Below, piece by piece: positions 1 through 9,461 of a stretch of 64,000 nt of DNA. The DNA is taken from contig DUAE01000055.1 of the NCBI GenBank assembly GCA_012960975.1, forward strand, positions 41,143-105,142, read 5' to 3'. The position numbers and the translations under genes were made by a program. The notes beneath the pieces were generated by a model. That model worked only from the letters and a program-made list of their open reading frames with translations, searched no databases and had not been told where the DNA came from. Position 1 is the first letter of the stretch; the number at the start of each line of letters is the position of its first letter. Origin of the DNA: Candidatus Poseidoniales archaeon (lineage in GTDB: Archaea > Thermoplasmatota > Poseidoniia > Poseidoniales > Thalassarchaeaceae).

Positions 1-412
1 GATATGACATATTCCTAATGCCTTTGTATTCTGCTATAATTACCGAAGCTGATTGGTATCTTCCACGATCTTCCCGATAATGCCATGGGATTGGAATTTT
101 TAGTAGATTAACTTCATTGAATGTATTTTCTAGTACAGGGGCGTTATTGGTTCCGACAATTTTGGGTTCACTTGGATTATTCATTGCCCATGCTAAAATG
201 TCGATGAGTTCTCCCGCACTAACATCAAAAATATCACAAATTCTTTGGCGTGTTAGTACATTCAATGCAGAATGATGACCGGGGGCTTCAGTGATATTTG
301 TAAAAAGTAATGGGGTGTGTTTTTCGTTTGTTGAGTGGTCAAAAATTCCATGAATGGCGCTAACTTCGGTATCGATTTGTTGAACCCCCTCAAGTAGATT
401 ACGGAATGCCAT
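1..412 (-). CDS. UbiD-family (prFMN-dependent) decarboxylase, N-terminal part, truncated by window edge
   Basis: Not in ORF track; manual translation from ATG at 412 gives MAFRNLLEG...PLLFTNI...LLKIPIPWHYREDRGRYQSASVIIAEYKGIRNMSY, matching the UbiD pattern LPIP.H...D.G.Y..a.v......N.s. Confidence 0.8.
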   Translation of the reverse strand, partial: MAFRNLLEGVQQIDTEVSAIHGIFDHSTNEKHTPLLFTNITEAPGHHSALNVLTRQRICDIFDVSAGELIDILAWAMNNPSEPKIVGTNNAPVLENTFNEVNLLKIPIPWHYREDRGRYQSASVIIAEYKGIRNMSY

Positions 413-513
413 GATGTCTAGGCAATGACGATTCGGTTTGAATGTTAGCGAAAGGAGTTAGTTATTCCTTTAGTACACCCACCTATGGCAGCCCCGTCAT
501 ACTCTTATACCCG

Positions 514-530
514 AGTCAGGTCGGCGGGCT
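514..530 (+). promoter_or_regulatory. GC-rich element AGTCAGGTCGGCGGGCT between a TATA-like CTTATAC and the SD of rps12
   Basis: Close copies upstream of fusA (1685-1700), rps19e (45079-45092, -) and tRNA-Val (33441-33453, -). Confidence 0.55.
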
Positions 531-549
531 GTCTTTTGAGGTGTCAAAC

Positions 550-990
550 TTGGGTAGAGGTCTTTTCTCAGGAATTAAGATGAAGGATGACCGTAAAAGA
601 TATCGATGGAAGGAGAAGCGTTTTCGGGACCGAGAACTCAAGCGTCGAGCAGGTGGAGTTTTGAAGCACGATCCACTAAAGGGTTCGACTCAAGCTAAAG
701 GAATTGTAATCGAAAAAGTTGGTTTCGAGGCTAAACAGCCAAATTCTGGCATTAGAAAGGCTGTCAAGATTTCATTGATACGCACAGGAAATAAACTCAC
801 TGCTTTCGCACCAGGAGATGGTGCGATATCTTTCATTGATGAGCACGATGAAGTACTTGTCGAAGGTATCGGAGGACCTCGTGGTCAATCGATGGGAGAT
901 TTGCCAGGTGTTCGCTATAAAGTAATCAAAGTGAACGGCGTCTCTCTTGATGAAATGGTTCGAGGCAGAAAAGAGAAGCCAATTCGATAA
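550..990 (+). CDS. rps12: 30S ribosomal protein S12 (uS12), archaeal type
   Basis: KQPNSGIRK and [10 protein letters not shown] motifs; likely TTG start at 550 after SD GAGGTG (538-543) rather than 442. Confidence 0.95.
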   Translation: MGRGLFSGIKMKDDRKRYRWKEKRFRDRELKRRAGGVLKHDPLKGSTQAKGIVIEKVGFEAKQPNSGIRKAVKISLIRTGNKLTAFAPGDGAISFIDEHDEVLVEGIGGPRGQSMGDLPGVRYKVIKVNGVSLDEMVRGRKEKPIR

Positions 991-1000
991 GGTGTTTGTT

Positions 1001-1615
1001 ATGTCCGAAGAAGTTCAAGAACAAAAGGAGCCAGAGGCCCCTATTGCTGGAATCGGAACTATGGTTTTTGGTAAGTGGGATGCAAATGAAGTTACTTGCG
1101 CCGATCCGGGGCTTGCTCCATACATTAATTTGGCAACAATTGGAACGCCACACACGGGGGGCCGTCATGCCAATCAATGGTTTGGAAAAGCTAATCTCTC
1201 AGTAGTTGAAAGATTCATCAATAATTTGATGCGAAAGGGGAAATTCTCTGGTAAGAAACAACACTGTGCTAAGTCATTCGAAGCCGCCCTAGACAATATT
1301 GCAGAGCGTTCGGGGGAAAATCCCCTCCAGAAGTTTATCGATGCTATTGTTGAAGCAGCTCCATGTGAAGAAACAACACGGATAAAATTGGGTGCAGTAA
1401 GCACACCGAAAGCAGTTGATTCCTCGCCTAGCCGGAGATTAGACGTTGCTCTACGAAATTTGTCAAAGGGATGCGCATCAGCTACGGCAAAGAGTAAGCG
1501 CTCTCTAACCGAGGGGATAATCTCCGAAATTTCCAAAGCAGCTAGCGGGGATGTAGGATCCTTCGCAATTGGTAAGCGTGAAGAAGTTGAAAGAATTGCA
1601 GCATCAGCACGATGA
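1001..1615 (+). CDS. rps7: 30S ribosomal protein S7 (uS7)
   Basis: PHTGGRH, VERFINNLM, AVDSSPSRRLDVAL, C-terminal EEVERIAASAR; between rps12 and EF-2. Confidence 0.95.
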   Translation: MSEEVQEQKEPEAPIAGIGTMVFGKWDANEVTCADPGLAPYINLATIGTPHTGGRHANQWFGKANLSVVERFINNLMRKGKFSGKKQHCAKSFEAALDNIAERSGENPLQKFIDAIVEAAPCEETTRIKLGAVSTPKAVDSSPSRRLDVALRNLSKGCASATAKSKRSLTEGIISEISKAASGDVGSFAIGKREEVERIAASAR

Positions 1616-1684
1616 TTGAGTATCATAATTAGCCTTGACTACAAACTGGTATCACGTAGTGATACAATCGGCTTTATCAACCAT

Positions 1685-1700
1685 AGTCAGGTCGCCGGCT
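1685..1700 (+). promoter_or_regulatory. GC-rich element AGTCAGGTCGCCGGCT downstream of TTTATCA, upstream of fusA
   Basis: Near-identical to the element upstream of rps12. Confidence 0.55.
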
Positions 1701-1716
1701 CATCCAAGGTGATTGA

Positions 1717-3924
1717 ATGGGCCGTAAGGAAGATAATATCAAGCGTGCTGTTGACATAATGCATGATAGAGAGCATATTCGCAATCTCGCTATCGCTGCT
1801 CATATCGATCATGGTAAAACTACCCTGTCAGACAATTTGATTGCTGGTGCAGGAATGATGTCAGAGGAACTTGCAGGGAAAGCTCGAGTCCTAGATTTCG
1901 ACGAACAAGAGAGTGCCCGCGGTATTACAATTAACGCAGCAAGTGCATCGATGGTTCACGATATTGAAGGCCAAGATTATCTGATTAATCTTATTGATAC
2001 TCCAGGTCACGTTGACTTTGGTGGAGACGTAACTAGAGCTATGCGTGCCGTTGATGGCTGCATAATTCTCGCTTGTGCTGTTGAAGGAACAATGCCTCAA
2101 ACCGAGACTGTTGTTCGCCAGGCATTGAAGGAAAAAGTCCGTCCTGTATTATTTATCAATAAAGTTGACCGATTAATCAACGAATTACAAATCGATGGCC
2201 AAGAAATGATGGCTCGATTTGAAAAAATAATCCTAAAAGTCAATAAATTAATTTCAGATTTTGCTCCAGAAGAATTACGCCGAAAATGGCAAGTTTCTGT
2301 CGGAGATGGAACTGTTGCTTTCGGTTCTGCTTACTATAATTGGGGTATGTCAGTACCATATATGAAAAAATCTGGTTTGAATTTCAAAGATATATTTGAG
2401 CACTGTTACAATGATGAGCAAAAAGAATTGTCTAAGAAAGCTCCAATTCATAAAGTCCTTCTCGATATGGCAGTTGATAAATTACCTGGGCCTTTAGAAT
2501 CACAAAAATACCGAATTCCAAACATTTGGCAAGGCGATTTAGAATCAGAAGTAGGCAAATCAATGTTAGAATGTAATTCAGAAGGGCCATTGTCATTAAT
2601 GATAACTAAAATTTGGATGGATCCACATGCAGGAGAAGTAGCTGTAGGTCGAGTTTATTCAGGGACAATCAAGCATGGGGAGTCTGTTTGGGCTATCGGT
2701 GCAGCAAAATCTGAACGTGTTCAACAAGTCAGTATGATGGTTGGTGCCGATCGAATTCAAGTTCCTCAAGTTTCAGCAGGAAATATTGCTGCTGTTACCG
2801 GTATCCGAAGTGCTGCAGCAGGAGTTACAGTTGCAAATTCAGAAGACGCGACTCCGTTCGAAGCCATTCGACACTACTCTGAGCCAGTAGTTACCGTCGC
2901 AGTTGAACCAAGATCTATGAAAGATCTACCAAAATTCATTGATGCCCTTCGCGGGTTAGCAAAAGCGGATGCATCATTACAAGTTTCAACTAATCAAGAA
3001 ACCGGCGAGGCTTTGCTTGCTGGTATGGGTGAACTTCATCTAGAAATTACAGTTTACCGAATGCAAGAAGAACAAGGCATCAAAGTCAAAGTTAGTGAGC
3101 CAATTGTAGTTTATCGTGAATCGATTGAAAGCACCAATTCTGGACGTCCATTTGAGGGCAAATCACCAAACCGCCATAATAGATTCTATATCGAGGCCGA
3201 ACCACTTCCACAGGAAGTTATCGATGCTCTCAGAGAAGGTCATTTTGGAGATGGACCAGTACGGACAAAGGATGCTAAGGAAGTCGGAAACAAATTTGCT
3301 GAATTTGGTTTGGAGAAAAATTTGATGAGAAAAATTTACGCAATTCACGGCACTAATATTTTCGTAAATGATACCAAAGGTATCCAAAATCTTCACGAAA
3401 CACGTGAACTGATGATTGAGGGTTTCAATGATGTTTGTAAGAAAGGACCTACAGCCGAAGAGCCATTAATGGGTGTAATGATTAGACTCGTAGATGCTAA
3501 ACTTCACGAGGATGCAATTCATCGTGGGCCCGCTCAAACGATTCCTGCTGTAAGAAATGGAATCAAAGGCGCAATCCTACGATCCCGCTCAGTTATATTT
3601 GAGCCTATTCAAAATATTCGAATAGATGCACCAAACGATGTCATTGGTGGAGTTACTAGGGAATTAACCACACGACGCGGTATCATCGAGGACATGCCAG
3701 TTGACGGAGCAACTGCTAGCGTCATCGGAAAGATGCCAGTAGCAGAATCATTTGGTTTCTCGAATGATATACGAGCAGCGAGTCAGGGTAGAGCAGTTTG
3801 GAACACAGAAAACGCTGGCTTCGTACAATTACCTACTTCGTTATTCCACAAGGTAGTTGGTGAAATTCGTCAGCGCAAGGGACTCAAAGAAGAGATCCCT
3901 GGTGAAGAACAATATACGGATTGA
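1717..3924 (+). CDS. fusA: Elongation factor EF-2
   Basis: AHIDHGKTT, RGITI, DTPGHVDF, NKVD; diphthamide loop HEDAIHRGPAQ. Confidence 0.98.
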   Translation: MGRKEDNIKRAVDIMHDREHIRNLAIAAHIDHGKTTLSDNLIAGAGMMSEELAGKARVLDFDEQESARGITINAASASMVHDIEGQDYLINLIDTPGHVDFGGDVTRAMRAVDGCIILACAVEGTMPQTETVVRQALKEKVRPVLFINKVDRLINELQIDGQEMMARFEKIILKVNKLISDFAPEELRRKWQVSVGDGTVAFGSAYYNWGMSVPYMKKSGLNFKDIFEHCYNDEQKELSKKAPIHKVLLDMAVDKLPGPLESQKYRIPNIWQGDLESEVGKSMLECNSEGPLSLMITKIWMDPHAGEVAVGRVYSGTIKHGESVWAIGAAKSERVQQVSMMVGADRIQVPQVSAGNIAAVTGIRSAAAGVTVANSEDATPFEAIRHYSEPVVTVAVEPRSMKDLPKFIDALRGLAKADASLQVSTNQETGEALLAGMGELHLEITVYRMQEEQGIKVKVSEPIVVYRESIESTNSGRPFEGKSPNRHNRFYIEAEPLPQEVIDALREGHFGDGPVRTKDAKEVGNKFAEFGLEKNLMRKIYAIHGTNIFVNDTKGIQNLHETRELMIEGFNDVCKKGPTAEEPLMGVMIRLVDAKLHEDAIHRGPAQTIPAVRNGIKGAILRSRSVIFEPIQNIRIDAPNDVIGGVTRELTTRRGIIEDMPVDGATASVIGKMPVAESFGFSNDIRAASQGRAVWNTENAGFVQLPTSLFHKVVGEIRQRKGLKEEIPGEEQYTD

Positions 3925-3934
3925 TTGAATTTCA

Positions 3935-5632
3935 TCAATTGATTCTTATCAATTGAAAATCGGTTAATTCTCTTAGGATATCAACCGCAGGAGATTCAGG
4001 CAGGATGTCTAGCATTTGATGTGCTTGTTTATGATATAACATAGCTCTATCTAATGCATATTGGATAGAGCCATTATCTTGTAATTCCAAAACGGCACGT
4101 TCCAATTCTTCAGGGGTTGATTTACCAGTACCATAGATTTTGTTGAAAGTGGTTAAATTTTCAGAATTTTTTAGAGCATGGATTGCCACTAAAGTTCTTT
4201 TTCCCTGAATAATATCTGAACCTGCAGGTTTCCCTATAGTTTCAGTATCTCCAGTTAGGTCAATTAAATCATCCATCAATTGGAAACATAAGCCTAATTT
4301 CAATCCCCATTCGGCCATATTTTGGACAATTCGGTCATCAACTCCGGCAAGGATAGCACCAGTCTTCGCACATGTTTCAAACATTGCGCTTGTTTTCCCC
4401 GCAATCATTGAGACATATTCTTCTTCAGAAACGCTGTCTCTATTTTCAAATTCAAAGTCTTCTTGCTGCCCTTCAGCAACCCTTCTGACCATTTCGCCAA
4501 TGGATTGAACTAAGTATCGTAAATGCTGAGACGAAATATATTCACTATCTGCCAAAATTTCGAATCCAACAGCAAGCATAGCATCACCTGCATTGATTGC
4601 AGTCGGATCATCGTAGGCGATGTGTACTGCTGGTAATCCACGGCGAATCGGATCTTGATCCATAATGTCATCGTGGACAAGAGTGAAATTGTGAATAATT
4701 TCTATACAGGCCCCGAGTGTATAATGACCATTATTGGCATTACCAACTGCTTCCCCTACTAATCTTGGTAAAATAGCTCGTAATCTTTTTCCTCCACCAG
4801 TGAATAGATGTGTCATGGCACCGTGTAATCGAGTTTGTTCGATTTTCCCTAAACTTTTCATTATTTCTTTTTCAACAATTTCACGATGATTAGATAAGGC
4901 GTTCAACAAGTTTTGTCCAGGATCATTTGACTTATCAATTAAGTTCAATAGGCCATAATTTATTATTTCATTATGCCTAGATTGGGAGAGTAACTTCATG
5001 TTTGGATAATGTTGGGAAATGAAGTGTTGCCAAATAATCTTGAACCATGGGGCAACAAGTTCATGTTCCCACTTCCCACTCCCTGACATCATTTCTTCTA
5101 ATTCGGATTGGTCTAGCCACATAACCTCTGATATTTCATTTAGATTAGGGATAGGATTTGTATTTGCATTTACTAGAAGAACATGGTCAATTTCATGTTC
5201 TATCCATTCTGAATCCCATCTGCAACTATATTCAAATTTCCCAAGATGATTATATTCCCATGATGATGATTCTTCAGTAGGGATTCCTAATTCTTGTTCT
5301 AATTTTCTAATTGCTGCGTTGGTAACACCTTCAATTGGGTCTCCATTTTCGCCAGTGATATCTAGAGGGTGACTGCAGCAAGTATTAGCCCACATATTTG
5401 GAAAGGTAATTTTTTCTGCTGCTCTTTTTTGTACTAATAATCTATTATTTCCGTCAATAATTAGAACGCTAAATGCTCGATGGCGCAAACCTTTCCCCCG
5501 GTGACAATCAACTTTTGATGCAGAACCAATTACATTATCTTTTGAATCAACTAATATACATAGTTCATCCATCATCTCAATTTGAGAGGGATCATAGCCT
5601 GAAAGGGCGTTTGTATTGGAGCCGTCACTCAT
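3935..5632 (-). CDS. Fusion of type 1 IPP isomerase (Nudix fold) and geranylgeranyl diphosphate synthase
   Basis: N-half: HRAFSV, KITFP, WANTCCSHP, EHEIDH; C-half: GGKRLR, HNFTLVHDDIMD (FARM), FQLMDDLID (SARM), GKPAGSDIIQGK. Confidence 0.92.
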   Translation of the reverse strand: MSDGSNTNALSGYDPSQIEMMDELCILVDSKDNVIGSASKVDCHRGKGLRHRAFSVLIIDGNNRLLVQKRAAEKITFPNMWANTCCSHPLDITGENGDPIEGVTNAAIRKLEQELGIPTEESSSWEYNHLGKFEYSCRWDSEWIEHEIDHVLLVNANTNPIPNLNEISEVMWLDQSELEEMMSGSGKWEHELVAPWFKIIWQHFISQHYPNMKLLSQSRHNEIINYGLLNLIDKSNDPGQNLLNALSNHREIVEKEIMKSLGKIEQTRLHGAMTHLFTGGGKRLRAILPRLVGEAVGNANNGHYTLGACIEIIHNFTLVHDDIMDQDPIRRGLPAVHIAYDDPTAINAGDAMLAVGFEILADSEYISSQHLRYLVQSIGEMVRRVAEGQQEDFEFENRDSVSEEEYVSMIAGKTSAMFETCAKTGAILAGVDDRIVQNMAEWGLKLGLCFQLMDDLIDLTGDTETIGKPAGSDIIQGKRTLVAIHALKNSENLTTFNKIYGTGKSTPEELERAVLELQDNGSIQYALDRAMLYHKQAHQMLDILPESPAVDILRELTDFQLIRIN

Positions 5633-5677
5633 GTATCTCAACACGCCGAGGTGAAACCTGCATATAATCGAAATCCA

Positions 5678-6466
5678 TCAAGGAATGATTTTTGTCCCAA
5701 TCGTTTGACCTGTTGAAATCAATTCAGTGATGCGTTCTGGTTTCCGTCCATCTAACATCCAGACTACTGGAATTTTTTGGCAAATTTCACCAGCACTAGC
5801 CGTTTTTAGGAAAATCCCGCCAGTAACATCTTGGGCTGAAGAATGGGTGCCGACTACGTGTTCACTACTTGACCAACATTTGATTAATTCTGACCCAGGT
5901 TCATTTGGCGGTTTAGTCATCAAACCAGGGGTATCGCCAAGTAAGAAAATACAATGAGAAACATCAGGGATTTCTTTAGAAATTCTAACCATTAAATCAT
6001 CCCCCGAAAGGATTCCGAATTCAAGTGTGTCCTTTCTATCTACTACATCACCAAATGATATTGGTATGATATTGTCTTTGCGATTGAATTTGGACAAATC
6101 GCCTTTGAAATTTAATCCAATGCCTTCTACCCAATTTGAAGGGGGAAATGTCATTGTTTGTATATCATAATTAGTAAAAGCATCAACTAATAATTTATTT
6201 AATTCTAACATGTCATTTCTAACTGATTTGACAGCCTTTCTTTGGGCATCTATCCGTTCGGGCTCAGCTCCTGTTGCCAAACCCCATTTCTTAGATTCCA
6301 AATGTCCGTATGACCCTGCACCATGAATGACAATGAACTTGTGTCCGTCCGCCGATAGTTCTGCTATAACTTTCGCTACAGATTGAATAATGTCTAATCT
6401 AGGTGATTTGAAAGTAGATTTGTCAGTAATCAGTCCTCCACCAATTTTTATGACAATTTTTTTCAT
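5678..6466 (-). CDS. ipk: Isopentenyl phosphate kinase
   Basis: KIGGGLITDK, HGAGSYGH, GDVV, LSGDDL, DVTGGI..K; directly upstream of IDI-GGPPS. Confidence 0.9.
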   Translation of the reverse strand: MKKIVIKIGGGLITDKSTFKSPRLDIIQSVAKVIAELSADGHKFIVIHGAGSYGHLESKKWGLATGAEPERIDAQRKAVKSVRNDMLELNKLLVDAFTNYDIQTMTFPPSNWVEGIGLNFKGDLSKFNRKDNIIPISFGDVVDRKDTLEFGILSGDDLMVRISKEIPDVSHCIFLLGDTPGLMTKPPNEPGSELIKCWSSSEHVVGTHSSAQDVTGGIFLKTASAGEICQKIPVVWMLDGRKPERITELISTGQTIGTKIIP

Positions 6467-6579
6467 CGACAATCACCCCTCACAATACTATCGAAGAGCA
6501 TTTTACATTTGGATTATTGCTTCTCCACTACGAATAGAATGTGGAATGTGTTAATTGTAAGTTAGCATCAGCAAACATT

Positions 6580-6903
6580 ATGGCGGAGTTATCCGATATC
6601 GAACGTTTTCAAAGATGGTTACAATCTATCCTTGCGGAAACTGAGAATATTGAAAACGAAAAAGAGAAATTACGCCGCCAAATTCAAATTGAGTCGGCAA
6701 TACAGGAAACAATTCGGTACAAGGAATTGATTTCAATTTCGGAAGAGATCGCCCCCCCCTTTGTAGAACGTAATTCTCCTGTTCGTGTTTTCGACCAAAA
6801 TGAGAGTGTAAAAAAAGAAAACACTAATTCCACGTGTGGGTCATGTGAAAAACAAATTAGTTCAGATCTTGAATTTTGCCCAAATTGTGGCGATTTTCTC
6901 TGA
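6580..6903 (+). CDS. Hypothetical protein with coiled-coil N-terminus and C-terminal zinc ribbon
   Basis: CGSC...FCPNCG at C-terminus. Confidence 0.65.
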   Translation: MAELSDIERFQRWLQSILAETENIENEKEKLRRQIQIESAIQETIRYKELISISEEIAPPFVERNSPVRVFDQNESVKKENTNSTCGSCEKQISSDLEFCPNCGDFL

Positions 6904-7596
6904 TTATTCTTCTTCATCAACCCAGCGTGCTCGGGCAGTTTCGTATTCTGGGTCGTCGTTGGATATTTTATTGATATATTCCGAGCCAACGGATTCTGTC
7001 AAGTATACAGTAATCCCAGCGTGCCAGATAGTTTCACCAGCAGCAACCATTTGTGCAGTATCAATTTCAAGGATAGTTGGTAACTTATAGTGAACATGCC
7101 CAGCTTCTGCTGCTGTACGAATGCTACCACTTAGATGAACGTGCGACCTTCCACTTGGTGTAATTCCAACCTCCATCAAATTATTGGCTTCTTCAGGGTT
7201 ACAAGGATAGAAAAGTGACTCAGGAATGTTATCGGTGGGTAAGTCGAGTTCTATGTCTAATGTATGGCCATAGGTTGCCCTGATCATATTCCCTCGAACT
7301 TCATATCTGCCTTTCCCATCTGTCTCTGAAACGGCACGGAAATGGTGAGGGCGAAGCCAGTGATATCTACGTTCATTTTGCTTCTTGAAAGATCGAATGA
7401 TATCTTTTACATCAACCCAACCATTGATATCCATTTCTAAATCAAATTTTTCTGGGGCATGGCGTAGAATTAACGCTAATCGGCGTGCGAGACTATCTCT
7501 TTCACCAGTCCGTAAGATGAATTTTCCTTCCTCGTTACATGCTGGGCAGAGATTATCATCCGCAAAGTAGCCGTGCCGGCCGCATTCTCTAATCAT
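6904..7596 (-). CDS. kptA: RNA 2'-phosphotransferase (KptA/Tpt1)
   Basis: LILRHAPE, KGRYE, IRATYGHT, R.HVHLS motifs; N-terminal CxxH...CxxC extension. Confidence 0.92.
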   Translation of the reverse strand: MIRECGRHGYFADDNLCPACNEEGKFILRTGERDSLARRLALILRHAPEKFDLEMDINGWVDVKDIIRSFKKQNERRYHWLRPHHFRAVSETDGKGRYEVRGNMIRATYGHTLDIELDLPTDNIPESLFYPCNPEEANNLMEVGITPSGRSHVHLSGSIRTAAEAGHVHYKLPTILEIDTAQMVAAGETIWHAGITVYLTESVGSEYINKISNDDPEYETARARWVDEEE

Positions 7597-7710
7597 AATT
7601 ATCAAGCCAGCGAACTAACATCCTTTCATGAACCAATCGGTATAATACATTCAATTAAATGTTCATGACTATTGCTCAACCGTTATCATGGCCTGCGTAA
7701 TCCGCTGAAC

Positions 7711-8844
7711 ATGAAAGCAGTCATTGTCGATTGGTGTAGGTCCCCATTTCATCGAGCGCATAAGGGTGAGTTGGCTGATGTTAGACCCGATGAGTTAGCA
7801 TCTCAGGTCGCTAAATCACTTCTTGATAGAAACACAATCAATCAGGAAGATATTGACGACCTCATACTGGGTTGTGCTTACCCAGAAGGTGAACAAGGTT
7901 ACAATATGGGAAGATTACTGGCATTTCTTTCCAATTTACCTAGTGGTGTCCCTGGAATGACCATAAATCGGTTATGTGGTTCATCTATGCAGGCATTACT
8001 TACTGCTGCGGCTAATATCGAAGTAGGCTGGGGCGATTGTTATCTCATCGGTGGCGTTGAATCTATGAGCCGTGTAAAACGCCGTGGTTTCAATTGGAGT
8101 CCCCATCCAGATTTGGAAAAATCATATCCTGAAGCTTATATCGGAATGGGTGAAACTGCCGAGAATATAGCTGCGAAGTGGAACCAAACTAGATCCGAGC
8201 ATGAATTATTTGCCTTAAATTCTCATCTTAAATCCCAATCAGCCGTCGAACAAGGATATTTTAATGATGAATTAGTTTCCATAGTAACAGATTCTAAAAT
8301 AATCGATAAAGATGGATGTATAAGAGGCAATACAACTTTAGAAAGGATGGCTAAGTTATCTCCTGCTTTTGGTGAAGATGGTGTTGTAACTGCTGCAACC
8401 TCATCACCATTAACAGATGGCGCGGCATTCATGTTAGTTTGTAGTGAAGAATATGCAAAGAATAACGACATAACTCCAATCGCCCGTATAGTTGCTGGAG
8501 CGGTTACGGGCTGTCCACCTGAATTGATGGGAATAGGTCCAATTAATGCAACAAAATTAGTTCTTAAAAGGGCTAATTGGACTGTAGAAGATGTAAATAT
8601 CTTTGAATTGAACGAAGCATTTGCCAGCCAAAGTCTTGCAGTAATTTCTGATTTGAATATCCCTCAGGAAAAGGTCAATTTGGATGGCGGAGCACTCGCG
8701 ATAGGTCACCCATTAGGTGCATCTGGATTGAGAATATCTGGAAAAGCAGCCAGTCTCCTCCAAAGGACCGGTGAAAATCGTGCTATTGCAACAATGTGCA
8801 TTGGAGGGGGAATGGGAATTTCTATAGCTTTAGAAAGAATATGA
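7711..8844 (+). CDS. Acetyl-CoA C-acyltransferase (thiolase)
   Basis: NRLCGSS, NEAF, GHPLGASG, CIGGG catalytic motifs. Confidence 0.93.
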   Translation: MKAVIVDWCRSPFHRAHKGELADVRPDELASQVAKSLLDRNTINQEDIDDLILGCAYPEGEQGYNMGRLLAFLSNLPSGVPGMTINRLCGSSMQALLTAAANIEVGWGDCYLIGGVESMSRVKRRGFNWSPHPDLEKSYPEAYIGMGETAENIAAKWNQTRSEHELFALNSHLKSQSAVEQGYFNDELVSIVTDSKIIDKDGCIRGNTTLERMAKLSPAFGEDGVVTAATSSPLTDGAAFMLVCSEEYAKNNDITPIARIVAGAVTGCPPELMGIGPINATKLVLKRANWTVEDVNIFELNEAFASQSLAVISDLNIPQEKVNLDGGALAIGHPLGASGLRISGKAASLLQRTGENRAIATMCIGGGMGISIALERI

Positions 8845-9420
8845 TTATTCTTCCTCATTAGTATCTACTGAATATTTCACTAAATTGTGTCCACAATTCG
8901 GACAATTATCATCCGGAGTTAGCCTACTGGGAATCACCGCTAATAAACTCGAACAAGTTGGACATGATGCTAACACTTCATCTTCATTCAACGTTCCAGG
9001 ATTTAATTGGAAACTATCTAGATAATACCATGATTTGAAAGTTTGAGATTTTATTGTCTTCAGTCTCCTTAAAGTGGTGAATGCCAATAAAATCAAAAGA
9101 CCTCCTTGCACCATATCAATTGTATCCCCTAATAGGAATAAAAGAATTCCACTTATCGCAAAAAATCCACCTATAAAAGTCAGCAAAGTAAGTGCAAGAG
9201 TATAGCCAATTTTTGTTCTATTTTTGAAATTATAGATTCCAAATAAACAAATGGAAGCCGGTATGTAAAGAAAAATTATTGAATTAATATTTGACAAAGA
9301 TACACCGTATAGCCTGTCACTAGAAATCACTAAAATAAAAATTATTACATTTATTGAGATGAATCTAACCAGGTGTTTGTGTAAATTCAGCATTTGTTGA
9401 TTCATATCCATATTTACCAC
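8845..9420 (-). CDS. Membrane protein with C-terminal zinc ribbon
   Basis: About four hydrophobic segments followed by CPTC...CPNC. Confidence 0.6.
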   Translation of the reverse strand: MVNMDMNQQMLNLHKHLVRFISINVIIFILVISSDRLYGVSLSNINSIIFLYIPASICLFGIYNFKNRTKIGYTLALTLLTFIGGFFAISGILLFLLGDTIDMVQGGLLILLAFTTLRRLKTIKSQTFKSWYYLDSFQLNPGTLNEDEVLASCPTCSSLLAVIPSRLTPDDNCPNCGHNLVKYSVDTNEEE

Positions 9421-9461
9421 CTTAAAATTCCTTTATTATACGACGAACTGATGAATAGTGA

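Noticed and set aside
442-549. N-terminal extension of S12 in the ORF track
   Set aside because: Homology begins at TTG 550 after an SD; the upstream part is promoter DNA
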